From contig JAKAHY010000002.1 in assembly GCA_021814695.1 (NCBI GenBank), forward strand, positions 8,920 to 72,919: a DNA stretch of 64,000 nt, in the 5' to 3' direction. This DNA comes from a bacterium (GTDB lineage Bacteria; Patescibacteriota; Minisyncoccia; UBA6257; JAGOQP01). Position numbers and translations under genes: made by a program. Within the stretch, counting starts at the first letter, position 1. Each line of letters starts with the position of its first letter. The notes under the pieces were generated by a model. It was not told the DNA's origin. It ran no database searches and saw only the letters and a list, made by a program, of their open reading frames with translations. Of the stretch, positions 48,189 through 57,062 are shown piece by piece.

Positions 48189-48245
48189 GTCGGACCCCTC
48201 TCATCAGCTTGGAAAGCTGAGGTAATACCGATATACGATACCCGC
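48175..48245 (-). tRNA. tRNA-Gly(TCC)
   Basis: Minus strand: GCGGGTATCGTATATCGGTATTACC TCAGC TTTCCAA GCTGA TGAG AGGGG TCCGACT CCCCT TACCCGC T. Same unusual T-loop as tRNA-Gly(GCC). Confidence 0.7.
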
Positions 48246-48307
48246 TTAATGTGAATAAAGGTAACAAATTTTCTTGATTTTTTCAATAACTCAGGTAATC
48301 TGAGCGT

Positions 48308-48922
48308 ATGTTTTTGGACAGGTTCGATAGATTGCCTAAAAAAATTAGAAGGACCGCATGGGTTGTTATCGGATTGGTGGTTTTGATGTTGATTGCATAT
48401 TTGGCGTGGAGTTACTTCGGTTCCCATGTGCCGGGAGATTTCAACGAGGCCAGGATAGCGGCGTCCGTGGAAGCTAAAACGATTGCCGATACCCTGAAAG
48501 ATTCTCCTGAGAATCTTCAAAAAATACAACAACTTCAGGAAAAGTGGAAAGACGATCAGGCGCTGACACTTTTGGTTGCGGAGTTCCAAAAAAACCAGGC
48601 AGCCAGAGATGCATCGGTTAAACTTGCGGGAGAACTGGAAAGAATGGCTCAGGCCATTCCCGACATTCGTCCCAAAAAATCCGCCGAAAATGCTTTAGTT
48701 GCAATAACTACCGAAACTCAGTTGATTTATAAACTGGTCTCGTTTAATGATGATATGAGTCAGTTGCTTAAGTTGATGCAGGATAAAATTACGAATAAAA
48801 TCTACGGGGTGGATAAAGTAAATCAATTAGTGGATGCCATTAATTCCGAAGTCGATTCGATAAATCAGCTCAATAATCAGTTTGAAGATTATCTGAAAAC
48901 GTTTGACGGGTCGTTTAATTAA
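48308..48922 (+). CDS. Hypothetical membrane-anchored coiled-coil protein
   Basis: N-terminal TM segment; Q/E/K-rich. Confidence 0.4.
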   Translation: MFLDRFDRLPKKIRRTAWVVIGLVVLMLIAYLAWSYFGSHVPGDFNEARIAASVEAKTIADTLKDSPENLQKIQQLQEKWKDDQALTLLVAEFQKNQAARDASVKLAGELERMAQAIPDIRPKKSAENALVAITTETQLIYKLVSFNDDMSQLLKLMQDKITNKIYGVDKVNQLVDAINSEVDSINQLNNQFEDYLKTFDGSFN

Positions 48923-48941
48923 TTTAGGTTTTTATAAAATT

Positions 48942-49014
48942 GGGCCGTTAGCTTAGTTGGTAGAGCGCCTCGTTTGCAACGAGGAGGTCACCGGTTCGAA
49001 TCCGGTACGGTCCA
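48942..49014 (+). tRNA. tRNA-Ala(TGC)
   Basis: GGGCCGTTAGCTTAGTTGGTAGAGC... anticodon loop TTTGCAA, G3:U70, T-loop TTCGAAT. Confidence 0.9.
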
Positions 49015-49060
49015 CATAACAAAAAAATTGCCTAGCGCAATTTTTTTGTTATGATGAATC

Positions 49061-49184
49061 AGGGTCGGTTTGAATATTTAGGGGTCGGGGTATTTGTAAA
49101 TACCCCGAGTAAGAAAATTTGAGAAACCGTGGGTTTCTCACGAACGAATGAAATGAGTGAGGTGAGATTCCGGTACGGTCCACA
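49061..49184 (+). repeat. tRNA-trailer mini-element copy E6 (ends with a tRNA-Ala(TGC) 3' end duplicate)
   Basis: tttgaatatttaggggtcgg, hairpin GGTATTtgtaAATACC, cgagtaagaaaatt, hairpin TGAGAAACCgtgGGTTTCTCA, ...ggtgagaTTCCGGTACGGTCCACA. Confidence 0.6.
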
Positions 49185-49188
49185 AAAT

Positions 49189-49500
49189 ATGAAAAAATCA
49201 GAATATCTTTTGAGAAGTTTTATAAATGCGGCTGGAGTATTTGTTTATGTAGCATTGATTGCCTGGCTGGGTTTTAACAGCAAAACAATTTTTGGAGAAG
49301 CTCCAAGTTTTATTGCGCCATTGTTTATGCTTCTTTTGTTTGTCGTGTCGGCTTGTATAACGGGCCTATTGGTCTTGGGTAAGCCAATTCTTATGTATTT
49401 GAACAATCAGAGAAGAGAGGCCATTGTTTTATTTTCGGTTACTCTTAGCTGGCTCGTATTGTTTTTGGCGATTATCGCGACTGCTCTTGCCTTAAGATAA
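49189..49500 (+). CDS. Small hypothetical membrane protein (3 TM segments)
   Basis: ATG immediately after element E6. The track ORF from 49129 would read through the repeat and is unlikely. Confidence 0.4.
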   Translation: MKKSEYLLRSFINAAGVFVYVALIAWLGFNSKTIFGEAPSFIAPLFMLLLFVVSACITGLLVLGKPILMYLNNQRREAIVLFSVTLSWLVLFLAIIATALALR

Positions 49501-49569
49501 ATTAATATAGAAGGCGGTTAATTTGCATTTGGAAAAAAGTGCGCTATTTTATAACCAGAACGCAAAGAG

Positions 49570-50097
49570 GTGAGCGTGCGCGCTCTTTCCCATCCGATAT
49601 CCGTTTTTGTTTGCGGTTTTGAGGAACTGGACGAACAGGAGCAGGCGTTACTGCTTGTAGCGGCGGATGCTATGACTAAGGCTCAAGCGCCGTATTCGCA
49701 TTATCTGGTTGGTGCTGCCGTGTTGGATGGTGACGGCCACATAACTGCCGGATGTAACGTTGAGCGGTGTACGTATACGCAGACGACGCATGCGGAACAG
49801 GCGGCCGTGGATGCGATGGTTGTTCATGGCAAATCCAGAAAAATTCAAGCGGTTGCGGTTGTCGGGGGACCGGATGGCACGATCAATGGACCCATTGAGA
49901 GATTTCCCAAAGGAGAAGTTGTTGCTTCTTTTGATGAAATTCCGGCGCCATCTTGCGGGCATTGCCTTCAGATTATCTGGGAGAATTGCCGGGGCGATAA
50001 CAAGGTTAAGTTGTATTCCTGGGCCGATGGCTGGGTTTACATCACGACCATTGGTGATGCGCTTCCGATGAAGTTCGGGCCCAATGATTTGTTGTAA
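49570..50097 (+). CDS. Cytidine/deoxycytidylate deaminase-fold zinc deaminase (CDA-like), GC-rich
   Basis: APYSHYLVGAAVLDGDGHITAGCNVE, HAEQAAV and PSCGHCLQ motifs; GTG start near 49570-49576 with SD AAGAGGTG; about 56% GC. Confidence 0.7.
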   Translation: MSVRALSHPISVFVCGFEELDEQEQALLLVAADAMTKAQAPYSHYLVGAAVLDGDGHITAGCNVERCTYTQTTHAEQAAVDAMVVHGKSRKIQAVAVVGGPDGTINGPIERFPKGEVVASFDEIPAPSCGHCLQIIWENCRGDNKVKLYSWADGWVYITTIGDALPMKFGPNDLL

Positions 50098-50171
50098 TTT
50101 GCGAGTGCTCTTGTTTGGAGCACTTTTTCTTTGACTGAATTTCGGGTATCGTGTATAAAAGTAACATTACT

Positions 50172-50258
50172 GGAGGGGTGTGTGAGTGGTTGAAACAAAC
50201 GGTCTTGAAAACCGTTATGCCCGCAAGGGCATCGCGAGTTCGAATCTCGCCCCCTCCG
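50172..50258 (+). tRNA. tRNA-Ser(TGA)
   Basis: Long variable arm; anticodon loop CTTGAAA; preceded by a TTGACT-17-TATAAA promoter. Confidence 0.85.
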
Positions 50259-50342
50259 CTTTGTGCGGAAAATAAAATATCACCATTTTTTTGACAGTTG
50301 TATTTTATATGATATCTTTTTGTCAGTACTAAAAAACATGGA

Positions 50343-50960
50343 GTGACCGTGCCTGACAACTGCGTGTTTTGCGATCGGGTGAAGGTTGAAGAAAGAATCG
50401 TCGGAGAGACTGCCGATTTCTTTATTGTTGCAACTATTGGCCAGATCAGTGACGGGGGATATCTTCTTTTGATCCCCAAGCGTCATGTGGCATGCATTGC
50501 CGCAATGAGTGAACCGGAAATTCGTCTTGCTTATTACGCGATTCAAGAAGTGCGCACGGCAGTTTCATGGGAATATTCATTCGCGCCAGTGACGATTTTT
50601 GAACATGGGATTGTCGGACAAACGGTAGAGCATGCGCACATTCATTTTGTTCCTGCTGCGTGCGACATTACCGCCAGAGTTAGAAAGGATTTTCCGGATT
50701 GCAGAATCATCTCTCCGATAACGCTGGAGGAAATCCGACATTCTTATTTGATTGATCCTCGTCCGTATTTGATGTGGCGGGACCAGAATTTTAACATCAG
50801 TGTTTGCTGGAATCCTCCTGCTCCGCCAATGTACTTTAGGATTGTTGTCGCCGAAGCGCTTGGGCGTCCCGAAAGAGCCAACTGGCGCACGATGGACAGG
50901 GAAGTCGATAATCGTCTGGTCTCTGAAACTATTGCCCATTTGAAGCCGTATTTTTCATAA
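50343..50960 (+). CDS. HIT-superfamily (histidine triad) nucleotide hydrolase/transferase-like protein
   Basis: CVFCD N-terminus and HAHIHFVP HxHxHxx motif; GTG start. Confidence 0.65.
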   Translation: MTVPDNCVFCDRVKVEERIVGETADFFIVATIGQISDGGYLLLIPKRHVACIAAMSEPEIRLAYYAIQEVRTAVSWEYSFAPVTIFEHGIVGQTVEHAHIHFVPAACDITARVRKDFPDCRIISPITLEEIRHSYLIDPRPYLMWRDQNFNISVCWNPPAPPMYFRIVVAEALGRPERANWRTMDREVDNRLVSETIAHLKPYFS

Positions 50961-51099
50961 GCCCGCATATTTGGGGCTTTTATTTTAGAGCCATAATATT
51001 TGACAAAAATATAAATATGTATTATCTTATAAATATCTTTAGTGAGAATCCTGCACATAGTAGCAATAAAAGGTTCTTACCCGAGGATTTTTTATTTCT

Positions 51100-52479
51100 A
51101 TGAACAACAGATTCGGCAACAAAAGGCCCGTTCACGGGCACAGTAATCACGCAGGCTCGTCTCATTCTTCCAGCTCATATCCGCAGCATAATGCCGGCGG
51201 CAGTTCGAGGCGGAGAAATTTCGGTCGTGGCCGCGGCGCATCGTCAAAAAGCCAAAGGATCAATGAAACGCGATTTATAAACAAATCAAGCGTTGTAAAC
51301 TCGACTCTTGCTTATGAACCCAAAAATTCTTTTGCCGATTTTGAAATCGACGGCCGCTTAAAAGAAAATATTGCCAAAAAAGGATTTACAAAACCGACTT
51401 CAATCCAGGACAAAACCATCCCGGAGATTTTATCCGGCAAGGATGTTGCGGGACTGGCAGATACCGGCACCGGAAAAACCGCAGCTTTTCTTATTCCATT
51501 AATAAATAAAATACTTAAAGATAAAAACCAGAGAATATTGATTTTGGCTCCGACAAGAGAGTTGGCGTTACAGATAAATGCCGAGTCAATGGATTTTTGC
51601 AGAGGGTTGGGAATTTATTCAGTTGAGGCTGTGGGAGGCGAAAGCATCCGCGAACAAATATACCAGATAAGGAGGGGATTCAACCTGCTTATAGGCACTC
51701 CCGGAAGACTTCGGGATTTGGCCGACCGCAAAGCGGTGAACTTGGGAATTTTTCAAAACGTTGTATTGGATGAAGCCGATAGAATGTTGGATATGGGATT
51801 TTTGCCGGATGTTAAATTTTTACTCGGCTTATTGAGAAAGGAGCGGCAAACCGTATTTTTCTCGGCGACATTTTCTCAGGAGATTAGCGACCTGACCAAA
51901 CAATTTTCTCAAAATCCGATAAAGATAGAAACCAAGATCAGAGATACCTCATCCGATGTTGACCAGGATATAGTACGTGTCGGGCTTTCTGATAATAAAA
52001 TAGAGATATTGGAAGAATTATTGAACAAGAAAGAATTTCAAAAAGTTCTGATCTTCGGAAAAACAAAAGTCGGCGTTCAGCACGTGGCCGATGAATTGAA
52101 AAAACATGGATTTGCTGCAGAGGCTATTCATGGAGATAAGTATCAGGCCAGTAGAGAAAAAACCCTCCGCGCCTTCAAGCAGGGGAGATTTAACATTCTT
52201 GTAGCAACCGATGTGGCCGCCAGAGGACTGGATATTCCCGATGTCACTCATGTAATAAACTATGACATTCCATCGACATATGAAGATTATATTCATCGTA
52301 TCGGTAGAACTGGGCGTGCGGGTAAGAAAGGAATGGCGCTCACTTTTATCGGCGGGAAAGAGCATCGTCACGATCTAAGGGCTCAAGGGGGAAATAAAAA
52401 GTTTTTCGGATCAAGTCACGGGCATCCGGGAAGGCGGCCGTTTTCCAAAAGAGGCCGCAGAGATAGAAGGGGAAGATAG
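51100..52479 (+). CDS. DEAD-box ATP-dependent RNA helicase with RG-rich N- and C-terminal tails
   Basis: Q motif, DTGTGKTAAF, DEAD, SAT and HRIGRTGRAG motifs. Confidence 0.9.
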   Translation: MNNRFGNKRPVHGHSNHAGSSHSSSSYPQHNAGGSSRRRNFGRGRGASSKSQRINETRFINKSSVVNSTLAYEPKNSFADFEIDGRLKENIAKKGFTKPTSIQDKTIPEILSGKDVAGLADTGTGKTAAFLIPLINKILKDKNQRILILAPTRELALQINAESMDFCRGLGIYSVEAVGGESIREQIYQIRRGFNLLIGTPGRLRDLADRKAVNLGIFQNVVLDEADRMLDMGFLPDVKFLLGLLRKERQTVFFSATFSQEISDLTKQFSQNPIKIETKIRDTSSDVDQDIVRVGLSDNKIEILEELLNKKEFQKVLIFGKTKVGVQHVADELKKHGFAAEAIHGDKYQASREKTLRAFKQGRFNILVATDVAARGLDIPDVTHVINYDIPSTYEDYIHRIGRTGRAGKKGMALTFIGGKEHRHDLRAQGGNKKFFGSSHGHPGRRPFSKRGRRDRRGR

Positions 52480-52625
52480 GCGCAAAGCCTTGCTGCGGGA
52501 GTCAGTATACCAAGGGTGGCGGGAATTTTTCCGCCACTTGTTTTTATCGGATGAATTTTGACCTAAGCTATTAAGGCAATAATGTGATATAATAATAACT
52601 TAGGATAATAATTAAAAAAACAAAC

Positions 52626-53384
52626 ATGAGAAACAAATTATTTGTATTATTCGTAGCAGTGGCTCTTGTTTTCGGTGGAATATACTATGCTTTCGCTCAA
52701 GAAAGCGGAGGAGCAAAAGTCCAACTACAAGGACAAGTCGAGACCCAAAACAGTGGGGGAGAAGTCCAGGTTCAGGTCCAATCCCGGAACGAGGTACAAA
52801 GTGGGAATGACAGCGAAAAGAATTCTACCGGCACCGAGTCCGAGATGAACCAGAAAAACGAAATTCAAGGCCAGAATGAGATTAAGGGAGAAAATGAAAT
52901 TGAAGCAACGAGCTCACAGGAAGGAACGAGCAGCGATCAGGAAGTCGAAAAAACCGAGCCGGTAAAAATGGCCGAGCAAACCAGAAGCGAAGTCGCTAAC
53001 GCAGTTCAGGAAATGCTTAGCGTTGCCGACAGAGCCGGAGGAATCGGAAGCGAAATCAAAGTTATTGCACAAGCCCAAAATGAAAATCAGCTGAAAATAG
53101 AAAACAGCATAAAAAATATTGAAGGGCGAAACGGCTTCGTTAAATTTTTGATAGGTCCGGACTACAATGAAGTTGATAATGCCCAAAAGGCCTTGAGCCA
53201 AAACAAGGAACAAATTACCCAACTCAACCAAATTAAGGCTAAAATTACCAATCAGGCCGATCAGCAGGTGTTGGCTAACCAAATCTCCATTCTTGAAAAA
53301 GCCAACGTGAATATTGAAACGTCTCTGAATCAATCGCAAGGAGGTTTTAGTCTTTTTGGCTGGCTGTTTAGGATAGTTAAATAA
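52626..53384 (+). CDS. Secreted low-complexity protein whose C-terminal hydrophobic tail (GGFSLFGWLFRIVK) is reminiscent of the LVIVD-protein tails
   Basis: Signal peptide; TGTGATATAAT promoter at 52583; terminator at about 53395-53435. Confidence 0.45.
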   Translation: MRNKLFVLFVAVALVFGGIYYAFAQESGGAKVQLQGQVETQNSGGEVQVQVQSRNEVQSGNDSEKNSTGTESEMNQKNEIQGQNEIKGENEIEATSSQEGTSSDQEVEKTEPVKMAEQTRSEVANAVQEMLSVADRAGGIGSEIKVIAQAQNENQLKIENSIKNIEGRNGFVKFLIGPDYNEVDNAQKALSQNKEQITQLNQIKAKITNQADQQVLANQISILEKANVNIETSLNQSQGGFSLFGWLFRIVK

Positions 53385-53765
53385 TAGCGAACAAAAAAGC
53401 CGCGAAAGATAAATGTCCGAGCGGCTTTTTGTTTTATCGGCGGGTATTGTAATGAATATATGAAAAATATAATTATAAGCGTTGTTATAACGCCGTTGGT
53501 TGTGGCAGCGGGTTTTTCGCTTGGCAGTATTTTACAAATAAAAACCAAGCGCCGTTTATGATATAAACTCAAAAACTTATCAGACGCCAGAAACGTCATT
53601 TCCGATGGAACTTAAGACGGGGGCAATATCGGATGTGGTACTTTGTCCCAGCAGGTGGGAGTATATGAATACAAATTATATCTGGACAATATTCTCGTGG
53701 AGATTATTCCGTTTCGGGTTAAATAGATTATAATAAGCAAAAGGTCATAAAATTAGAAAAATAAT

Positions 53766-54158
53766 ATGAGTATTACAGATGCGATTTTTCTTATCGGCCG
53801 GATAATTTACGGCGGGTATCTTATAAAAAGTTCCTGGAACCATTTTGCCCATCATAAAGATTTGGTCGGATACGCTTCGTCAAAAAATGTCCCGATGCCA
53901 AATATTTCTGTCTTGTTAGCGGGGATATTTTTACTACTTGGTGGATTGGGAATAGTATTTGGGGTTTATGTGCAATGGGCGGTTATCTCTATCGCATTAT
54001 TCTTTATTCCGGTGACATTTATGATGCACCAATATTGGAAAGAGCAGGATGGCCAAAGAATGTCGGATAATGTCAATTTTTACAAAAACTTGGCATTGCT
54101 TGGAGCAGCGCTGATATTTTTGGCGATTCCGCTCCCTTGGCCGTTGGCGTTATTTTAA
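53766..54158 (+). CDS. DoxX-family membrane protein
   Basis: 130 aa with 4 TM segments; GGYLIKSSWNHF motif. Confidence 0.7.
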   Translation: MSITDAIFLIGRIIYGGYLIKSSWNHFAHHKDLVGYASSKNVPMPNISVLLAGIFLLLGGLGIVFGVYVQWAVISIALFFIPVTFMMHQYWKEQDGQRMSDNVNFYKNLALLGAALIFLAIPLPWPLALF

Positions 54159-54261
54159 AGCTGTCAGTTATCAGGATATTATGCGGATAAAAACACCCCA
54201 AATAATTTGGGGTGTTTTCCACTTTTTATTTTGTATAAAAAGGTACAATTAAAGGAAAACT

Positions 54262-54495
54262 ATGTCTACTAAAAAAACAACAATTGTGATTATTCTCCTG
54301 GTTATACTGGTGGCAGCAGCCATTCTTGCATATTCCTGGTATACAAAGAAAGCTTCGGTTTCTACTACAGAAACATCTACCGCGCCCACATCCGGATTGG
54401 GTAGTCAATTATATCAGCAGACAGGAGCTCCGGCAGCCAGCCCGCTTCAAAATACCAACCCCTTCGACAAGGTAAAAACTAATCCTTTTGAGTAA
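54262..54495 (+). CDS. Small membrane-anchored hypothetical protein
   Basis: 77 aa with an N-terminal TM segment; overlaps the next gene's start. Confidence 0.3.
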   Translation: MSTKKTTIVIILLVILVAAAILAYSWYTKKASVSTTETSTAPTSGLGSQLYQQTGAPAASPLQNTNPFDKVKTNPFE

Positions 54496-56239
54496 TATGA
54501 AAAAAAATATCTTACGGCACCTTCCTCATTTGATTATTTTTTCCGCAATCATTATTTCGGGGATAATTATCGGAGGGGCTGCTTATGCTCAACAAGTAAG
54601 TTCGACATCGACATCAAATATAACTTTTCCGATAGCGGAATTGGGAAATTGTACTGATCAGGTAGCTTGTAAGGCGTATTGTGATATTGATGCCAATAAG
54701 ATTGCCTGCGTCAATTACGCTCAATCTCATGGACTAATGTCTTCTGATGATACCAATCGTGCCAAAAAATTTCTGCAGGCCGGTCCGGGACCGGGAGGCT
54801 GTACCGATGCCCAAACTTGTCGTTCGTATTGTTCCGATATTAATCATATCGATGAATGTTTAGCTTATGCCAAGAAAACGGGAATCCTTTCGAGTAGTGA
54901 ATTGGACGAAGCCCAAAAAATCGCCAGCGCACTTTCTCAAGGCGCACAACTTCCGGGCGGGTGCACCACTAAGGATCAATGCGAGGCTTATTGTAAAGAC
55001 TCGTCTCATTTAACCGAATGCGTTGCCTTTGCCGAAAAGGCGGGAATGATTTCCCAGCAAGAGGCCGACATAGTCCGTAAAACCGGAGGCAAGGGTCCCG
55101 GCGGATGTGATTCACAACAATCGTGTGATGCCTATTGTAACAATAAAGATAATGCCAATACGTGTTTCGCATTTGCCCAGGAACACGGATTGATATCACA
55201 AGATCAGATTGACCAAATGAAAGAAGGAATGACTCGTCTACGAGCGGGATTAACTCAGGCTCCTGAGGAAGTTGTCCAGTGTCTAAAAGATGCTTTGGGC
55301 TCGGATATTATAGGGAAAATAGAGTCGGGAAATTTTACTCCGACACAATCGGACGGACAGACAATCCAAAATTGCTTCAATCAGTTTAAGAGTCAATCAA
55401 CACAAAAAATGTTGGAAGGATTTAATCAGGTTCCTGGCGCTGAGGCGTGTATTCAAAATAAATTAGGCACCAGCACTCTTGACCAAATAAAACAGGGGAA
55501 TATGCCAAATGACCCCAATATTGGAGATCAAATCCGATCCTGTTTTGAAGAAAATGCAAAAGAGGCCCAACAAAAAGGATTGGAGCAGATAAAAAATGCC
55601 CTTGAAAACGCTCCCGAATCGGTCAAGGCGTGTCTTCAAGATGCGATAGGAGCTGACGGTCTTGCCAAAATTCAACAGGGAGATTCATCGGTTTTAACTC
55701 AAGATTCGGAAAATAAAATCAAACTGTGTTTTTCCCAGATGCAGCAACAGGGAGTTAACCAACTACAAAGCGCCCCCGCCGAGATTCAAAGTTGCCTCAA
55801 AGAACAAATGGGTAGTGAGAGATACGGCAGAATTATAAGCGGCCAGGGAACAGCCGAAGACCAAAAAGAAATGCCTCAGGCAATCCAGGAATGCACAAAA
55901 AAATATCAGGAACAAATGCAGAATCAGATTCAGGAAAGAATGCAGCAAATCCCCGGATCCGGAGAGGGATTGCCGGGAATGCCGATTAACGGACTTAATG
56001 TTATTCAGAATCAGGGAGGGTCCGGCACTCAGGGAATGATGCCTCCGCAAGGACAGCAAGGAATAACCGGCCAGCAAGTTCCTTCGTTTCCCAGTGGTGT
56101 AAAAGATTGTTTGGAACAAGTATATGGAAGCGATATAGTGGATAAAATTCAAAGCGGACAGTCTCAACTTCCGGCTGATTATATGCAAAAGATAGGCTCT
56201 TGCATGGCTCAAAAAATGGGAGCTCCGAGCGGTAATTAG
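54488..56239 (+). CDS. Secreted Cys-rich repeat protein (four about 45 aa CxxxC...YC...EC repeats followed by five about 38 aa C..G..KI..G...C repeats)
   Basis: Signal peptide; the internal tandem repeats are visible in the translation. Confidence 0.5.
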   Translation: MSNMKKNILRHLPHLIIFSAIIISGIIIGGAAYAQQVSSTSTSNITFPIAELGNCTDQVACKAYCDIDANKIACVNYAQSHGLMSSDDTNRAKKFLQAGPGPGGCTDAQTCRSYCSDINHIDECLAYAKKTGILSSSELDEAQKIASALSQGAQLPGGCTTKDQCEAYCKDSSHLTECVAFAEKAGMISQQEADIVRKTGGKGPGGCDSQQSCDAYCNNKDNANTCFAFAQEHGLISQDQIDQMKEGMTRLRAGLTQAPEEVVQCLKDALGSDIIGKIESGNFTPTQSDGQTIQNCFNQFKSQSTQKMLEGFNQVPGAEACIQNKLGTSTLDQIKQGNMPNDPNIGDQIRSCFEENAKEAQQKGLEQIKNALENAPESVKACLQDAIGADGLAKIQQGDSSVLTQDSENKIKLCFSQMQQQGVNQLQSAPAEIQSCLKEQMGSERYGRIISGQGTAEDQKEMPQAIQECTKKYQEQMQNQIQERMQQIPGSGEGLPGMPINGLNVIQNQGGSGTQGMMPPQGQQGITGQQVPSFPSGVKDCLEQVYGSDIVDKIQSGQSQLPADYMQKIGSCMAQKMGAPSGN

Positions 56240-56279
56240 TGATGAGTAAAAAATATCCCGAATCGATTCGGGATATTTT

Positions 56280-56978
56280 TTATGCCTTTGCCACCACTAA
56301 GCCGATTATTTTTTGGGCGCCATATTTTTTAAGAAGAAGAGAAATTTCGTTAAGCGTTGCCCCTGATGTTGAAACGTCATCTATCAGGATAATGTTTTTG
56401 CCCGAAACCGACTCCGGGCCGGTAATTTGAAAACATTCGGAAATATTTTTTATTCTTTCGGAAAAATCTTTGGTTTTGGCCTGGGGTGGATTATTTTTTA
56501 CTCTTTTCAGGACATCAAGACAGGGGAGAGAAAAATAATCCGAAACAACAGAGGCAATAATTTGCGCCTGATTGAATCCTCGGGCGCGAAATTTGGATTT
56601 ATGAAGGGGAACGAATGTTATAACATATCGGCTCAAATCGATTCCGGTTTCTTTAAGATATGAAATTAACATGGCACATAATATTGTTCCTATGCCCTCT
56701 ATTTTTTTATATTTAAATGTATGGATCAGGGACGGTATGGGTGCTTCAAATCTGCTTGCGGGCGCCAAGACATAGCTTGTGTCGTGGCATTTATCTGTCC
56801 CCGGCAGGCGGGACATACACTTCGGGCAATAAAGAGCCGAGTTGAGACGTATTTCATCAAAGCATGATTGGCAAAGAAATTGTTTCTGATCGGGAATGGA
56901 GGATTTGCAGTTTACGCATACAGGAGGAAAAACGGTGTCCGAGGCTAATTTATTCAATTGAGCGATGATTTTTATCAT
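56280..56978 (-). CDS. comFC: ComF-like competence protein (phosphoribosyltransferase domain plus N-terminal zinc finger)
   Basis: CxxC pairs at the N-terminus; PRTase motif IILIDDVSTSGATL. Confidence 0.75.
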   Translation of the reverse strand: MIKIIAQLNKLASDTVFPPVCVNCKSSIPDQKQFLCQSCFDEIRLNSALYCPKCMSRLPGTDKCHDTSYVLAPASRFEAPIPSLIHTFKYKKIEGIGTILCAMLISYLKETGIDLSRYVITFVPLHKSKFRARGFNQAQIIASVVSDYFSLPCLDVLKRVKNNPPQAKTKDFSERIKNISECFQITGPESVSGKNIILIDDVSTSGATLNEISLLLKKYGAQKIIGLVVAKA

Positions 56979-57062
56979 AAATTCGGATATAATAATTATA
57001 AAAGATAGAGGTTACCGGTTTCCAGATCTTCGTGATCGGCAATCTTTTTGTCTTATACGACC

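Noticed and set aside
47840-48190. A tandem repeat as a possible CRISPR array
   Set aside because: It has only two copies of a 121 bp unit separated by 108 bp, and the unit contains a tRNA 3' end. There are no cas genes
47835-48589. 139 aa plus-strand and 193 aa minus-strand ORFs in the duplicated region
   Set aside because: The internal repetition comes from the 121 bp DNA direct repeat. The region holds tRNA-Gly(TCC) and repeat elements, and the minus-strand ORF overlaps a convincing plus-strand gene
49129-49188. N-terminal extension of the 49189 ORF as listed in the ORF track
   Set aside because: It would translate through the repeat element and the tRNA-end duplicate. The ATG at 49189, right after the element, is the plausible start
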